From an uncultured Clostridium sp. (GTDB lineage: Bacteria; Bacillota; Clostridia; TANB77; CAG-508): a stretch of 64,000 bases of DNA. A model generated the notes under the pieces. It was not told the origin of the DNA. It did no database searches and worked only from the letters and a program-made list of their open reading frames with translations. Location: assembly GCA_947087745.1 (NCBI GenBank), contig CAMUDX010000005.1:854-64853 (forward strand), written 5' to 3'. Shown here piece after piece: positions 1-10,605 of this stretch (its first letter is position 1; the number at the start of each line of letters is the position of its first letter). The position numbers and the translations under genes are program-made.

Positions 1-570
1 TATATCCAAGTCTTGGCCCTGAGCACCTTCAATTAAAATATTATCATCACACTCATTTATAATTTTTGCAGTATCAGTTATTTCAATAATAGTTATTAAA
101 TCATCTGGAAGATTTTTAAAATAATCTTTTGCTAAAATAATGCTAGGATTTCTAATAATTTTTTCAGCTTGAGCTACTCCACATCCCTTAAATGTTGAAC
201 CACTCTTTATTATTCTTTTTTCTTCTTCGCGATGTTTATCTAAAATGATCATTGCCCTTGGATGAATATAAATTTTTCTATTTCCAATAAGTTTCTTATA
301 TTTTCTGATTTCATCAAATAATATTTCTGGAGTAATAACACACCCAGCATTTAGTACTAATTTGCAATTTGGAGCTAATATTGCCATAGGCAAATGACTA
401 ACTATAATTTTCTCTCCATTATCTTCTACATAAGTATGACCAGCATTACTTGACCAACTGTTTGTAGATAATAAAAAGTGTTCTTTTTTAACTAAGTAAC
501 CACAAATTTTTCCTTTCCCACAACTTCCTGCTTGACCATCTATTACTACTGTTACATTTTTATTATTCAA
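1..570 (-). CDS. Adenylosuccinate synthetase-like protein (PurA/PurZ family), N-terminal part only; gene runs off the window edge
   Basis: The minus-strand frame is open from 570 (TTG, GGAGG 8 nt upstream; alternative in-frame ATG at 591) to position 1. Translation NNKNVTVVIDGQAGSCGKGKICGYL...NAGHT...SGSTFKGCGV...IEGAQGQDLDI parallels the PurA motifs GxQWGDEGKGK, NAGHT, GTTxxGIGP and EGAQG, but the P-loop DE is replaced by SC. Confidence 0.6.
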   Translation of the reverse strand, partial: MNNKNVTVVIDGQAGSCGKGKICGYLVKKEHFLLSTNSWSSNAGHTYVEDNGEKIIVSHLPMAILAPNCKLVLNAGCVITPEILFDEIRKYKKLIGNRKIYIHPRAMIILDKHREEEKRIIKSGSTFKGCGVAQAEKIIRNPSIILAKDYFKNLPDDLITIIEITDTAKIINECDDNILIEGAQGQDLDI

Positions 571-583
571 GAAAAAGCCTCCT

Positions 584-1018
584 TTATTCATAAAATTTTT
601 TTATATTTTCCAAATCTAATATTTCTTTAACAAACTGGTTTAAATTTGATAATCCTGCTATCTCTTTATTATATATATCCATAACAAAATCAATAGTTTT
701 CCACTCATAATAACCCTCCTCGTTATCAACAACTTCTACTTCTTGAACAAAGTCATATATAACATGTAAATGTGTATTACTATTCATAATATTTGATTCT
801 GGATAAACATATGTTACCAGAAGTTTAGGATTTTCTAAACTAATACTCGTTTCTTCCATACATTCTCTTTTAGCAGCTTCAATAGGAGTTTCATTTCCTT
901 CAATTTTCCCACCAATTCCATTCCAACAATTTTTATAAGGTTTTTTATTTCTTTTCACTAATAACAATTTGTCCTTATCTTTGTTAAACAATATAATTAC
1001 TACATAATTTTTATTCAT
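584..1018 (-). CDS. NUDIX (MutT-like) hydrolase
   Basis: Nudix box GGKIEGNETPIEAAKRECMEETSI (GX5EX7REUXEEXGU). GGAGG lies 5 nt upstream of the ATG. The stop is 14 nt from the next start, consistent with an operon with the PurA-like gene. Confidence 0.85.
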   Translation of the reverse strand: MNKNYVVIILFNKDKDKLLLVKRNKKPYKNCWNGIGGKIEGNETPIEAAKRECMEETSISLENPKLLVTYVYPESNIMNSNTHLHVIYDFVQEVEVVDNEEGYYEWKTIDFVMDIYNKEIAGLSNLNQFVKEILDLENIKKFYE

Positions 1019-1344
1019 ATGAAACCTCCAAAATAATCATCAATCTTATGATAATTTTACTACAAATAGATTTTTTTTGCTATACTCCCATTGAAATTTA
1101 ATCGTAATTCATATATAATATTTGTAGAAAGAGAACAAAGTTCGTAACTTGTATGTGATTCGCTCCAACGACGTATCTGTTCGAACTTTTTATAGAACAG
1201 AGAGATATGAAAATCAATCAGTAAAATGGTTGATTTTTTCTTTTGCAAAAAATCATCCTAAATCTATAAAGAAGACCAACTATCAAAAGTCAAGTCTTTT
1301 TTGAAAAAAACTTCTAAAAAAAGAAAATAATATTTTAGAAATGT

Positions 1345-1373
1345 GAAAAAGACTTTAATGAGAACATTAAAGT
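1345..1373 (-). terminator. Rho-independent terminator after the IS110 transposase
   Basis: 9-bp stem ACTTTAATG/CATTAAAGT (1352-1360/1365-1373), followed on the minus strand by a T-run. Confidence 0.5.
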
Positions 1374-1418
1374 TATGTAAAGTTATTGTAGTACATTGAA
1401 AATTAGAAATTATATATA

Positions 1419-2597
1419 TTATGAAAGTTTAGGTGGTCTATAATCTCTATTTTCTTTTAAGACATGAAAAATAATTCCTAATAGTTTTCGTTCGACACCA
1501 GTTAAAGCAACATAATGATGTTTCCCTTCAGCACGTTTTTTTATGTAATAATCATGCATTATAGGGTCATTATTAGCAGCAACCATAGCAGCAGTATATA
1601 AAGCATGTCTTAAATAAGGATAACCTCTTTTAGAAGTTTTTTCATTAGAGGATTTTTTGTTACCAGATTGATTTTCAGAAGGATCAAGTCCAGCAAAGGC
1701 AGTTAACTTGCTTGGTGAACTAAAATTATTAATATCACCAATTTCAGCTAAAATAGTGGGTGCAGTTACTTTACCAATACCAGGTATACTTTGCAAATGA
1801 TTATCAAGTTTAGAATAAATATCTTTAATTTTAACTTCTAATTCATGAGCTTGATTTTCAAGAAAAATAATTTGGTTAACAAGTTGTTTGATTTCAAAAG
1901 AGCAAGCATCTCCAGTAAATTTAATACCAAAAGAATTTTTAGCTAAAGATTTAACTTCACGAACTTTGTCAGTAGAATGATGACCACGAGAAGCCTTTTT
2001 CAACAAATTAGCTAATTTTCTAGTATTAAAATTAACAACTTCATTAGGAGTTGGACAGTTAAGCAAAATTTGTTTAGAAGCTTCACTAAAAGTATCAGAA
2101 AACAAATCTGAATATTCTGGAAAAACTTTATCTAAGATACCTGTAACTTGAGTTTTTGCTTTACAAATATTATCAACAAGATTACTCCTATATCTAGTTA
2201 AATTTTTTAAAGCAAGTAAGTCATCATTAGGCAGAGAAGTTTGCTCAGTACCATTAAAGCTTAAAAAATTGGCAATTAAAATGGAATCAATAACATCATT
2301 TTTTTGCTTACGATTATTATAGGCACCTCTAAAAGATTTTATTTGATAAGGATTAAACACTGAAACATTAAAACCTTTATCAGTTAGTGCAGAGAATAAA
2401 GACAGCCAATAAGTACCAGTAGCTTCCATAGCACAATAAATTTGCGATGTGTCAAAATTACTAATAGAGTCAAGTAATTTTTGTAGTCCTTCTATTGAAT
2501 TAGTAAACTTAATAGCTTTAACTAAAATATAACCATCTTCTGAAATTAAAGAAGCAACATGATTAACCTTTGCAATATCAATACCTAAATAAAACAT
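1419..2597 (-). CDS. IS110-family (DEDD) transposase
   Basis: N-terminus MFYLGIDIAKVNHVA and C-terminal region SIPGIGKVTAPTILAEIGDINNFSSPSKLTAFAGLDP are typical of IS110 transposases (DEDD_Tnp_IS110 plus Transposase_20 domains). Confidence 0.9.
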   Translation of the reverse strand: MFYLGIDIAKVNHVASLISEDGYILVKAIKFTNSIEGLQKLLDSISNFDTSQIYCAMEATGTYWLSLFSALTDKGFNVSVFNPYQIKSFRGAYNNRKQKNDVIDSILIANFLSFNGTEQTSLPNDDLLALKNLTRYRSNLVDNICKAKTQVTGILDKVFPEYSDLFSDTFSEASKQILLNCPTPNEVVNFNTRKLANLLKKASRGHHSTDKVREVKSLAKNSFGIKFTGDACSFEIKQLVNQIIFLENQAHELEVKIKDIYSKLDNHLQSIPGIGKVTAPTILAEIGDINNFSSPSKLTAFAGLDPSENQSGNKKSSNEKTSKRGYPYLRHALYTAAMVAANNDPIMHDYYIKKRAEGKHHYVALTGVERKLLGIIFHVLKENRDYRPPKLS

Positions 2598-2915
2598 AAT
2601 ATAAACACCCTTTCTAATTTATGTTAGAGGCAACCCTCAATGTCTTTACAAGAATATAACCTAGCAATAAATAAAAGTCATTATTATAAAAATAATACTT
2701 ATCCAACTTATTAATATCCGAATGTAAAGTAGAGGCTTTAGTCTTTCTAAAGAGCCTAACGCTCAGGATGGTGGCTAAAACCACTCTAACAATTACAATA
2801 ATTATACCATAAATTGGTCTAATATTATGTTATGAGTTTTTGAATAACTCATAGAAAAAATAAAATAATGTCAAGTTATTTTTAACTTAACATTATTATA
2901 CTAGGATGGTGTGGT

Positions 2916-3146
2916 ATGATTAGTATTGTAAAGAAGAAAAACAAGATTAAAAGAGAATTGCTCTCTAAAATTGAATGGGCTTGTAGTTTGAATGCTATAA
3001 AACTTGAACACGAAATGATATTTGAAGGTTGTTTAAGAATTGTAGAGCATACAAACTTAGCGTATGTAGAACCACATAGAGTAATTATTAAAGATAAGCT
3101 ATTTTTATTCTTTAATGACTGTGATTCTTTTATGTGGGAGATTTAA
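2916..3146 (+). CDS. Hypothetical small protein
   Basis: 76-aa ORF with a weak RBS and no recognisable motif. Confidence 0.3.
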   Translation: MISIVKKKNKIKRELLSKIEWACSLNAIKLEHEMIFEGCLRIVEHTNLAYVEPHRVIIKDKLFLFFNDCDSFMWEI

Positions 3147-3271
3147 GGTATAAATACCCTTTATCTCAACTAAAACACTACATAGAAAGGCTACTTTAAT
3201 TTTAGAGTTTTTTTGTGCTTAAAATTTATTCAAGTAGCTTTCCGTTCAATATTGAAAGGAGAGATTTAAAA

Positions 3272-5017
<1,746 letters not shown>

Positions 5018-5097
5018 ATTTGGATATACTCCAAATTCAAATATGGGAACTTCGTCCCCAATCCCCAAAAAATAAAAATAAGAAAGAAGGAAAGATT

Positions 5098-5445
5098 ATG
5101 AATAATGAAAAAGTAAAGTATTTAATTGATATAATAAAAGATATGGATATAGAAAATAAATTAAGACTTGCAATATGTATGTGCGATAATTATAGTCATA
5201 CAAATTTAAACTATAGCAAAATAGAAATGTGTAAATATTTTGATAATTTGCTAAAAGAAATTAATATAGAATACAAAACAACAACTGTTAATTTTACAAA
5301 CTATTCTTACATAATGTTTGCTATATCAAAAGTTATAGAAATGGATTCAATAGAACAAAATAGAGTAGCATTATATTTGTTTAATAGTATAAATTATAAA
5401 ATAAAAAAATATAAAACTCTTGACAATAAAGAACAAATGTTTTAA
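5098..5445 (+). CDS. Hypothetical protein
   Basis: ATG at 5098 is preceded by GAAGGAAAG. No known motif. Confidence 0.45.
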   Translation: MNNEKVKYLIDIIKDMDIENKLRLAICMCDNYSHTNLNYSKIEMCKYFDNLLKEINIEYKTTTVNFTNYSYIMFAISKVIEMDSIEQNRVALYLFNSINYKIKKYKTLDNKEQMF

Positions 5446-5476
5446 GATATATAAAGTAAGAAAAGGATGTGAAGCT

Positions 5477-6370
5477 ATGGAAGAAAATAATTTAGCAATT
5501 CAAAATGAATTGACTATCGAAGATATAAAAAACTTAATATATACAATAAGAGATAAACAGGTTATGCTAGATAGTGATGTGGCAAATATATACCATTGTG
5601 AGACAAAATATGTAAATCGTGTGGTAAAAAGAAATATAGAGCGATTTCCCGAAGAATTTTGTTTTCAGTTGAATGAGAATGAATTTGAATCTTTAAGGTG
5701 CCAATTTGTCACCTTAAACGAAAATGGAAGAGGACAACATAGAAAATATTTACCTTATGTATTTACTGAACAAGGTATAGCAATGTTATCAGCTTTGTTA
5801 AAAAGTGATATTGCAGTAAGTGTTAGTGTAAATATTATGAAAGCATTTATTGAAATGCGCAAATTTTTATTGATTAATGGACAAGTATTTGAAAGACTAA
5901 CGAGTGTAGAACATAAATTATTAGAACATGATAAAAAAATTGATGAAGTCTTTAATCAATTACAACTGGAGGAAAATATCAAACAGAGGATATTTTTTGA
6001 TGGTCAAATATATGATGCATATAGCATCATTATAGATATTATAAAAAAGGCAAATAACAAGATTTTAATTATAGATAATTATATTGATGATAGTATTTTG
6101 AAAATGTTAGCTAAAAAGAAAAATAATGTGGAAGTAGTTATTTTAACATCTGATAAAAGTAATATTGAAAATTTAGATGTTAAAAAATTTAATAAAGAAT
6201 ATCCTGTTCTGAAAGTTGCTAAAACTAATAAATTTCATGATAGATTTATTATAATAGACAATAAAGAAATGTATCATCTAGGAGCTTCAATAAAAGACTT
6301 AGGAAAGAAATGTTTTGCAATTAATAGAATTGAAGATGTAGAATTTATTGAAAAAATTATTAATTTATAA
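5477..6370 (+). CDS. ORF6N (KilA-N-like) domain protein
   Basis: IRDKQVMLDSDVANIYHCETKYVNRVVKRNIERFPEEFCFQL...LPYVFTEQGIAMLSALLKS matches my recollection of the ORF6N DNA-binding domain. ATG at 5477 has an upstream AAAAGGA. Confidence 0.75.
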   Translation: MEENNLAIQNELTIEDIKNLIYTIRDKQVMLDSDVANIYHCETKYVNRVVKRNIERFPEEFCFQLNENEFESLRCQFVTLNENGRGQHRKYLPYVFTEQGIAMLSALLKSDIAVSVSVNIMKAFIEMRKFLLINGQVFERLTSVEHKLLEHDKKIDEVFNQLQLEENIKQRIFFDGQIYDAYSIIIDIIKKANNKILIIDNYIDDSILKMLAKKKNNVEVVILTSDKSNIENLDVKKFNKEYPVLKVAKTNKFHDRFIIIDNKEMYHLGASIKDLGKKCFAINRIEDVEFIEKIINL

Positions 6371-6375
6371 AATAA

Positions 6376-6411
6376 ATTAGGAGAGTACTAAAAAACTCTC
6401 CTAATTTTTTA
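6376..6411 (+). terminator. Rho-independent terminator
   Basis: Stem ATTAGGAGAGT/ACTCTCCTAAT followed by T6. Confidence 0.8.
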
Positions 6412-6439
6412 ATTTATTAATATTGTATTTCTCAAATGA

Positions 6440-6658
6440 AAAATGGACCATTTTGGACCAGTATTATAATTGAAATTTGGACCAATTAGTTACATAACCA
6501 TGTATTAAATTATATTAAAATTTATTAACGTGTCAAAACTAAAATGCATTGATAAATCAAGTATTGACACTTATACTAAATTTTAATTTTAATCAATTAA
6601 GAGGTTATATATCGTTTTTATGTTATTTAAAAATCTTAATTATAAGGTGGTCCATTTT
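6440..6658. repeat. TGGACCA motif cluster: three direct copies plus one inverted copy
   Basis: TGGACCA at 6444, 6454 and 6478. The 11-mer AAAATGGACCA (6440-6450) recurs as an exact reverse complement at 6648-6658. Confidence 0.6.
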
Positions 6659-6734
6659 TCGCTCGTTAAATACATATGTAAAATGTTACTTATGCTCTTA
6701 TTCTATATATACATTTTCAAGAATAACATATAGT

Positions 6735-7449
6735 ATGAAAAAATTAACAATATTTATAATTATATTTTTGATAGCATCTTTATTGTTTCAGCAATTTAAT
6801 AATATTAAAAATAAAATAAATGATGGAAATGATAACTTTGTTGTTACTTTTAGTAATCAAGAACTAATAGATAAAGCTGTTTTTACATCACAAAAAATAC
6901 CAAATGCTATATATCAGAATATGCTTGGCAAGTCCATTCCTTTAGAATGTAAAAACTTGGTTGATACTAACTCTCTTTCTTACTTGCAAGTAACTTATTT
7001 TGGTTTTGATAAACAATCTCATGTTGGAGAAATGATTGTAAATTCCAACCTCTCAGATGATGTTTTAGAAATCTTTAAAGAACTTTATGAAATTAACTAT
7101 CCTATAGAAAAAATTAAGCTAATTGATGAATATAATGCTAATGATGAATTGTCTATGTCAGATAATAATACTTCTTGTTTTTGTTATCGACCTATTTCAG
7201 GCACTCATAAAATATCCTATCATTCCAAGCGGTACAGCAATAGATATTAATCCCCTATATAACCCATATGTAACAAATAGTGGAATAAGTCCTGTATCAG
7301 GTGCATTATATGCTGATAGAAGTCTACATTGTGAATATCAAATTAATACTAATGATTCTTTATATAAGATTTTTACTAGCCACGGTTGGTCTTGGGGCGG
7401 AAATTGGTCTAAAAGTAAAGATTATCAGCATTTTGAAAAGGAAGTGTAG
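6735..7449 (+). pseudogene. M15-family peptidoglycan metallopeptidase (VanY-like), +1 frameshift at 7230
   Basis: Signal-anchor MKKLTIFIIIFLIASLL. The frame reads ...NNTSCFCYRPISGTHKISYHSK, and after skipping C7230 continues GTAIDINPLYNPY...GWSWGGNW. SxHSxGxAIDINP is the family metal-site motif as I recall it. Confidence 0.7.
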
Positions 7450-7460
7450 TGTATCATGGG

Positions 7461-7537
7461 TGTGTCATGGGGACGTTCTTTTTGACACACTTCATAAAAA
7501 TCATTAAGTGTGTCAAAAAGAACGTCCCCATGACACA
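7461..7537. repeat. Perfect 30-bp inverted repeat with a 17-nt spacer
   Basis: TGTGTCATGGGGACGTTCTTTTTGACACAC (7461-7490) is the exact reverse complement of 7508-7537. It is GC-richer than its surroundings and starts 12 nt after the M15 stop. Confidence 0.95.
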
Positions 7538-7587
7538 AATTTGCTTTTTACAAAAAATATGTTATATTAGATACAGGAAGTGATAAT

Positions 7588-8316
7588 ATGATACAAAGTA
7601 ATAATATGACAACAAAAGAAGAAGATATGACTGCAGAACAGCAACTAGCGAAATACTTAGATAAGTATTTATATGATAAATTAAAATTAAAGTGCAAGAA
7701 TATTAATAGAATTTCAGATAAAACTCTACAAATGGAAGGTATAGATGTTATTATTGAATATAATAATGGAAATTTAGTAAATATAGATGAAAAAGCTCAA
7801 TTGCACTATATAGATGTTTGTAGGAACACCTTTGTTTTTGAGATTGACTTTATTGGTAGAGATAATGTTTTGCATCCAGGTTGGTTATATAATAATGAAT
7901 TAAAAACAGATACATATATGCTTATTTGGCCTAAAGTAACAATATATAACGAAGTTATAAAATCTATATATAATAATAAGGAACAGTTAAATAAAATAAA
8001 AGAAATTCTCCGAAATATTAAATGTGATGATTTTGTAAGTGTAGAATGTTATCTTATTAAAAGAGAGACAATTAAAGAATACTTATCTTCTAATGGTTGG
8101 AATTCAGAAAGAATTCTAGAAAAGTCAGCTGAATTAAGGCATAATAAAAAGTATAAAAGAACTTTTGTATCAGAGACTGATGATTTCTATTTCTATTTTT
8201 CTGAACCTTTTAATTATAGAGAATCTCCTATCAATATTGTTATTAAAAAAGATGTTTTAAAAAAATTATCACATAGAAAATATTTAGTAAAAAAAGATTC
8301 TTTAGAATATATATAG
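7588..8316 (+). CDS. Hypothetical protein with a PD-(D/E)xK nuclease-like motif
   Basis: 242-aa ORF. EGIDVIIEYNNGNLVNIDEKAQ fits D...(D/E)xK spacing. No adjacent methyltransferase. Confidence 0.5.
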   Translation: MIQSNNMTTKEEDMTAEQQLAKYLDKYLYDKLKLKCKNINRISDKTLQMEGIDVIIEYNNGNLVNIDEKAQLHYIDVCRNTFVFEIDFIGRDNVLHPGWLYNNELKTDTYMLIWPKVTIYNEVIKSIYNNKEQLNKIKEILRNIKCDDFVSVECYLIKRETIKEYLSSNGWNSERILEKSAELRHNKKYKRTFVSETDDFYFYFSEPFNYRESPINIVIKKDVLKKLSHRKYLVKKDSLEYI

Positions 8317-8324
8317 TTATTTAC

Positions 8325-8356
8325 TAAAGCCAATAAGATTTCTCTTATTGGCTTTA
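8325..8356. terminator. Bidirectional terminator between convergent genes
   Basis: Stem TAAAGCCAATAAG/CTTATTGGCTTTA with a 6-nt loop. Confidence 0.7.
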
Positions 8357-8359
8357 GTA

Positions 8360-9340
8360 TTAACCTTTGTTTGTTTTACCTTCATTTACTTTTATTAGTT
8401 CTATTTCTTCTAATTTATCTTCTTTAAATAAACGGTTTATATTTTTTACGCTATCATTACTTAATTTACAATCATTTTTGTTTATAACTTCTGATACTAC
8501 TGAACGAGCTGCATTTTTTAATATTTTTTCTAGTGTTTCCTCATAGTCATCATATTTTGAAGTTTCTTCTTTCTTTAAATCTGATAAACTGCAATAATAT
8601 TCATATTTCCCTTCTTCTTCACTATATGTAAAGTAATCATATGAAAATACTATTCCACCATAACTATTTTTGCCTCCTGTCTTTAACACAACTACTTTCT
8701 TATCTCTATCATACCATGCATCTCTTAATTCAAATGATGATGGGTCTTTATATCCTTCTATTACATCATTACATAAAACAGCTATTAAATTTTCTGATTC
8801 TATATCTTCTTTTTCTTTTGTACTTGCTTTTTTATATGCTTTTTCATATTCTCCTTGTTCTAATAACTCATCTGTCGAGATAAATATTTTTGGTAAAACT
8901 TGTTTTCCCATAATAATTAAACCTGCTACTACAATTAAAATTATAATAATTTTTTTCATATTTTTCTTGCATGTTCTTATTATTGAATCCATTACATTAT
9001 TAACACCTATATTAGTTTTTCCTCCACATTTCGGACAGAATTTTTGTCCTACTTTTACTTCTTCTCCACATGTTGGGCAGTAAAGCTTTTTTTGTGTTCC
9101 TCGTTTCATTCCACATTTGGGGCAAAATTCTTGTTCACATTTTAGTGTAGCTCCACAATTTAAACATTTTTGTTCCTTTATGCTATTTTTTTCTTCTATT
9201 TCAGTTGATTCTACTTCTTGTGCTTCTATATTTTCTTGATTTGGCTCTTCACCTTTCACTTCATTTACTTCTAATTTTTCTGCGTCTGTTTTTTCTACAT
9301 CTTCATTTTCTATTTCTTGTATTTTTTCTTTTTCTTCCAT
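8360..9340 (-). CDS. Double zinc-ribbon membrane protein
   Basis: CLNCGATL...CPKCG and CPTCGEEV...CPKCGG, followed by one TM segment and an extracytoplasmic domain. The start at MEEKEK has an AGGGG RBS; the track ORF extends to 9364. Confidence 0.7.
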   Translation of the reverse strand: MEEKEKIQEIENEDVEKTDAEKLEVNEVKGEEPNQENIEAQEVESTEIEEKNSIKEQKCLNCGATLKCEQEFCPKCGMKRGTQKKLYCPTCGEEVKVGQKFCPKCGGKTNIGVNNVMDSIIRTCKKNMKKIIIILIVVAGLIIMGKQVLPKIFISTDELLEQGEYEKAYKKASTKEKEDIESENLIAVLCNDVIEGYKDPSSFELRDAWYDRDKKVVVLKTGGKNSYGGIVFSYDYFTYSEEEGKYEYYCSLSDLKKEETSKYDDYEETLEKILKNAARSVVSEVINKNDCKLSNDSVKNINRLFKEDKLEEIELIKVNEGKTNKG

Positions 9341-9672
9341 GTTTTTCCCCTTTCTCTTTTTCATATATAAAAAATCAAGGATTCTCGCTATAAAACAGTT
9401 ATTAAATATGTACTTTTTTAATGCGTATTCCTTTATGTGACAAATTATAACATAGTATTTTTTATTTGTACATATTAGTATTTAGAATTTCCTTTTAATA
9501 CTAAGTTTTATAAATACAATAAAAAAGCTATACGAGTAACAAATGCACTTAAAAAAATGAAACTGAACTTTCGTATATATGAGTTACATAATAGAATAAT
9601 TTATTGGTTAAATATTTTAAAAATAACATGTAAAAAGATACACTTTTAAGTGTACCTTTCATTTATTATATA

Positions 9673-10491
9673 TTATGCACTTTTTAATTCAAGTCTTAAT
9701 TTATCTGCAATCATTGCAATAAATTCGCTATTAGTTGGTTTTCCTTTACTTGCAGAAATTGTATAACCAAAAATTGATTCTACCACATCTTGTTGACCTC
9801 TTCCCCATGCAACTTCTATAGCATGTCTTATTGCTCTTTCTACTCTTGATGGTGTTGTATTAAATTTTAATGCTATGTCTGGATATAAGCTCTTAGTTAT
9901 TTGATTTATCATATCAATGTTATTTACAACCATCATTATAGCTTCTCTTAAATATTGGTATCCTTTTATATGTGCTGGAACACCAACTTCGTGAATGATA
10001 TTAGTAACAAGTGCTTCTAAATTACCTCCCTCTTTAGTCTTATCTTCTGAAAGTTCTATGTATTGTGGTTTAATTTCTCTACTAATAAAGCTGTTATTAT
10101 TTGCTTGAGGTTGATAATTTTTTAATTCTTTTATCCTTTTTATTAATATATCAATGTCAAAAGGTTTTACTATATAATATTGTGCTCCTAATGATATTGC
10201 TCTTTGAGTTATTTTGTCTTGTCCTACTGCTGATAGCATTATACAAATTGGTCTTTTCTCCATTTTTATTACATTAATTCTTTCTAAAACTCCTATTCCA
10301 TCTAAATGTGGCATTATAACATCTAATAATACTATATCTGGTGAAAATTTTGAAATTGCATCAAGCGCTTCCTCTCCATCTCTTACTTTTGCAATAACCT
10401 CCATATCTTCTTGTCTTTGAATATAACTTGATAGTGTTTCACTAAAATCTGGGTTGTCATCTGCAATTAGTACTTTCATTTTTTCTCTCAT
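9673..10491 (-). CDS. spo0A: Sporulation master regulator Spo0A
   Basis: Receiver domain VLIADDN...[14 protein letters not shown] and the hallmark C-terminal [24 protein letters not shown] lies upstream of MREKMKV. Confidence 0.95.
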   Translation of the reverse strand: MREKMKVLIADDNPDFSETLSSYIQRQEDMEVIAKVRDGEEALDAISKFSPDIVLLDVIMPHLDGIGVLERINVIKMEKRPICIMLSAVGQDKITQRAISLGAQYYIVKPFDIDILIKRIKELKNYQPQANNNSFISREIKPQYIELSEDKTKEGGNLEALVTNIIHEVGVPAHIKGYQYLREAIMMVVNNIDMINQITKSLYPDIALKFNTTPSRVERAIRHAIEVAWGRGQQDVVESIFGYTISASKGKPTNSEFIAMIADKLRLELKSA

Positions 10492-10537
10492 TCTTTTTCC
10501 TCCTATTATCAAAAATCGTATTTTTTTTACAATTTGA

Positions 10538-10566
10538 ATTATACAAGTTGTGCCAAAATTTGGCAA
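10538..10566 (-). promoter_or_regulatory. Sigma-A-type promoter candidate for spo0A, overlapping a 7-1-7 palindrome
   Basis: Minus strand reads TTGCCA-17 nt-TATAAT. The palindrome TGCCAAAATTTGGCA (10551-10565) covers most of the -35 hexamer and part of the spacer. Confidence 0.45.
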
Positions 10567-10605
10567 TATAAAAGATGGAAATTTCTTCCAGCTTTTATGT
10601 AAGTA

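Larger units (their letters stand above)
1300..2860 (-). mobile_element. IS110-family insertion sequence (ends approximate)
   Basis: Transposase ORF plus about 250 nt of 5' non-coding DNA that is visibly GC-richer and stem-loop rich (2700-2800). IS110 elements lack clear terminal inverted repeats, so the ends cannot be fixed by eye. Confidence 0.5.

Noticed and set aside
1060-1248. A 62-aa minus-strand ORF between the NUDIX gene and IS110.
   Set aside because: It has no RBS and an implausible composition. It lies in what is probably promoter or IS-flank DNA.
7301-7507. A 68-aa ORF running into the 30-bp palindrome.
   Set aside because: It overlaps the conserved C-terminal frame of the M15 peptidase in another frame and extends into the inverted repeat, so it is spurious.
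10531-10566. TGGCAC-N5-TGTAT upstream of spo0A resembles a sigma-54 promoter.
   Set aside because: The -12 element does not match TTGC, and the same bases fit a near-consensus sigma-A -35/-10 pair with 17-nt spacing.
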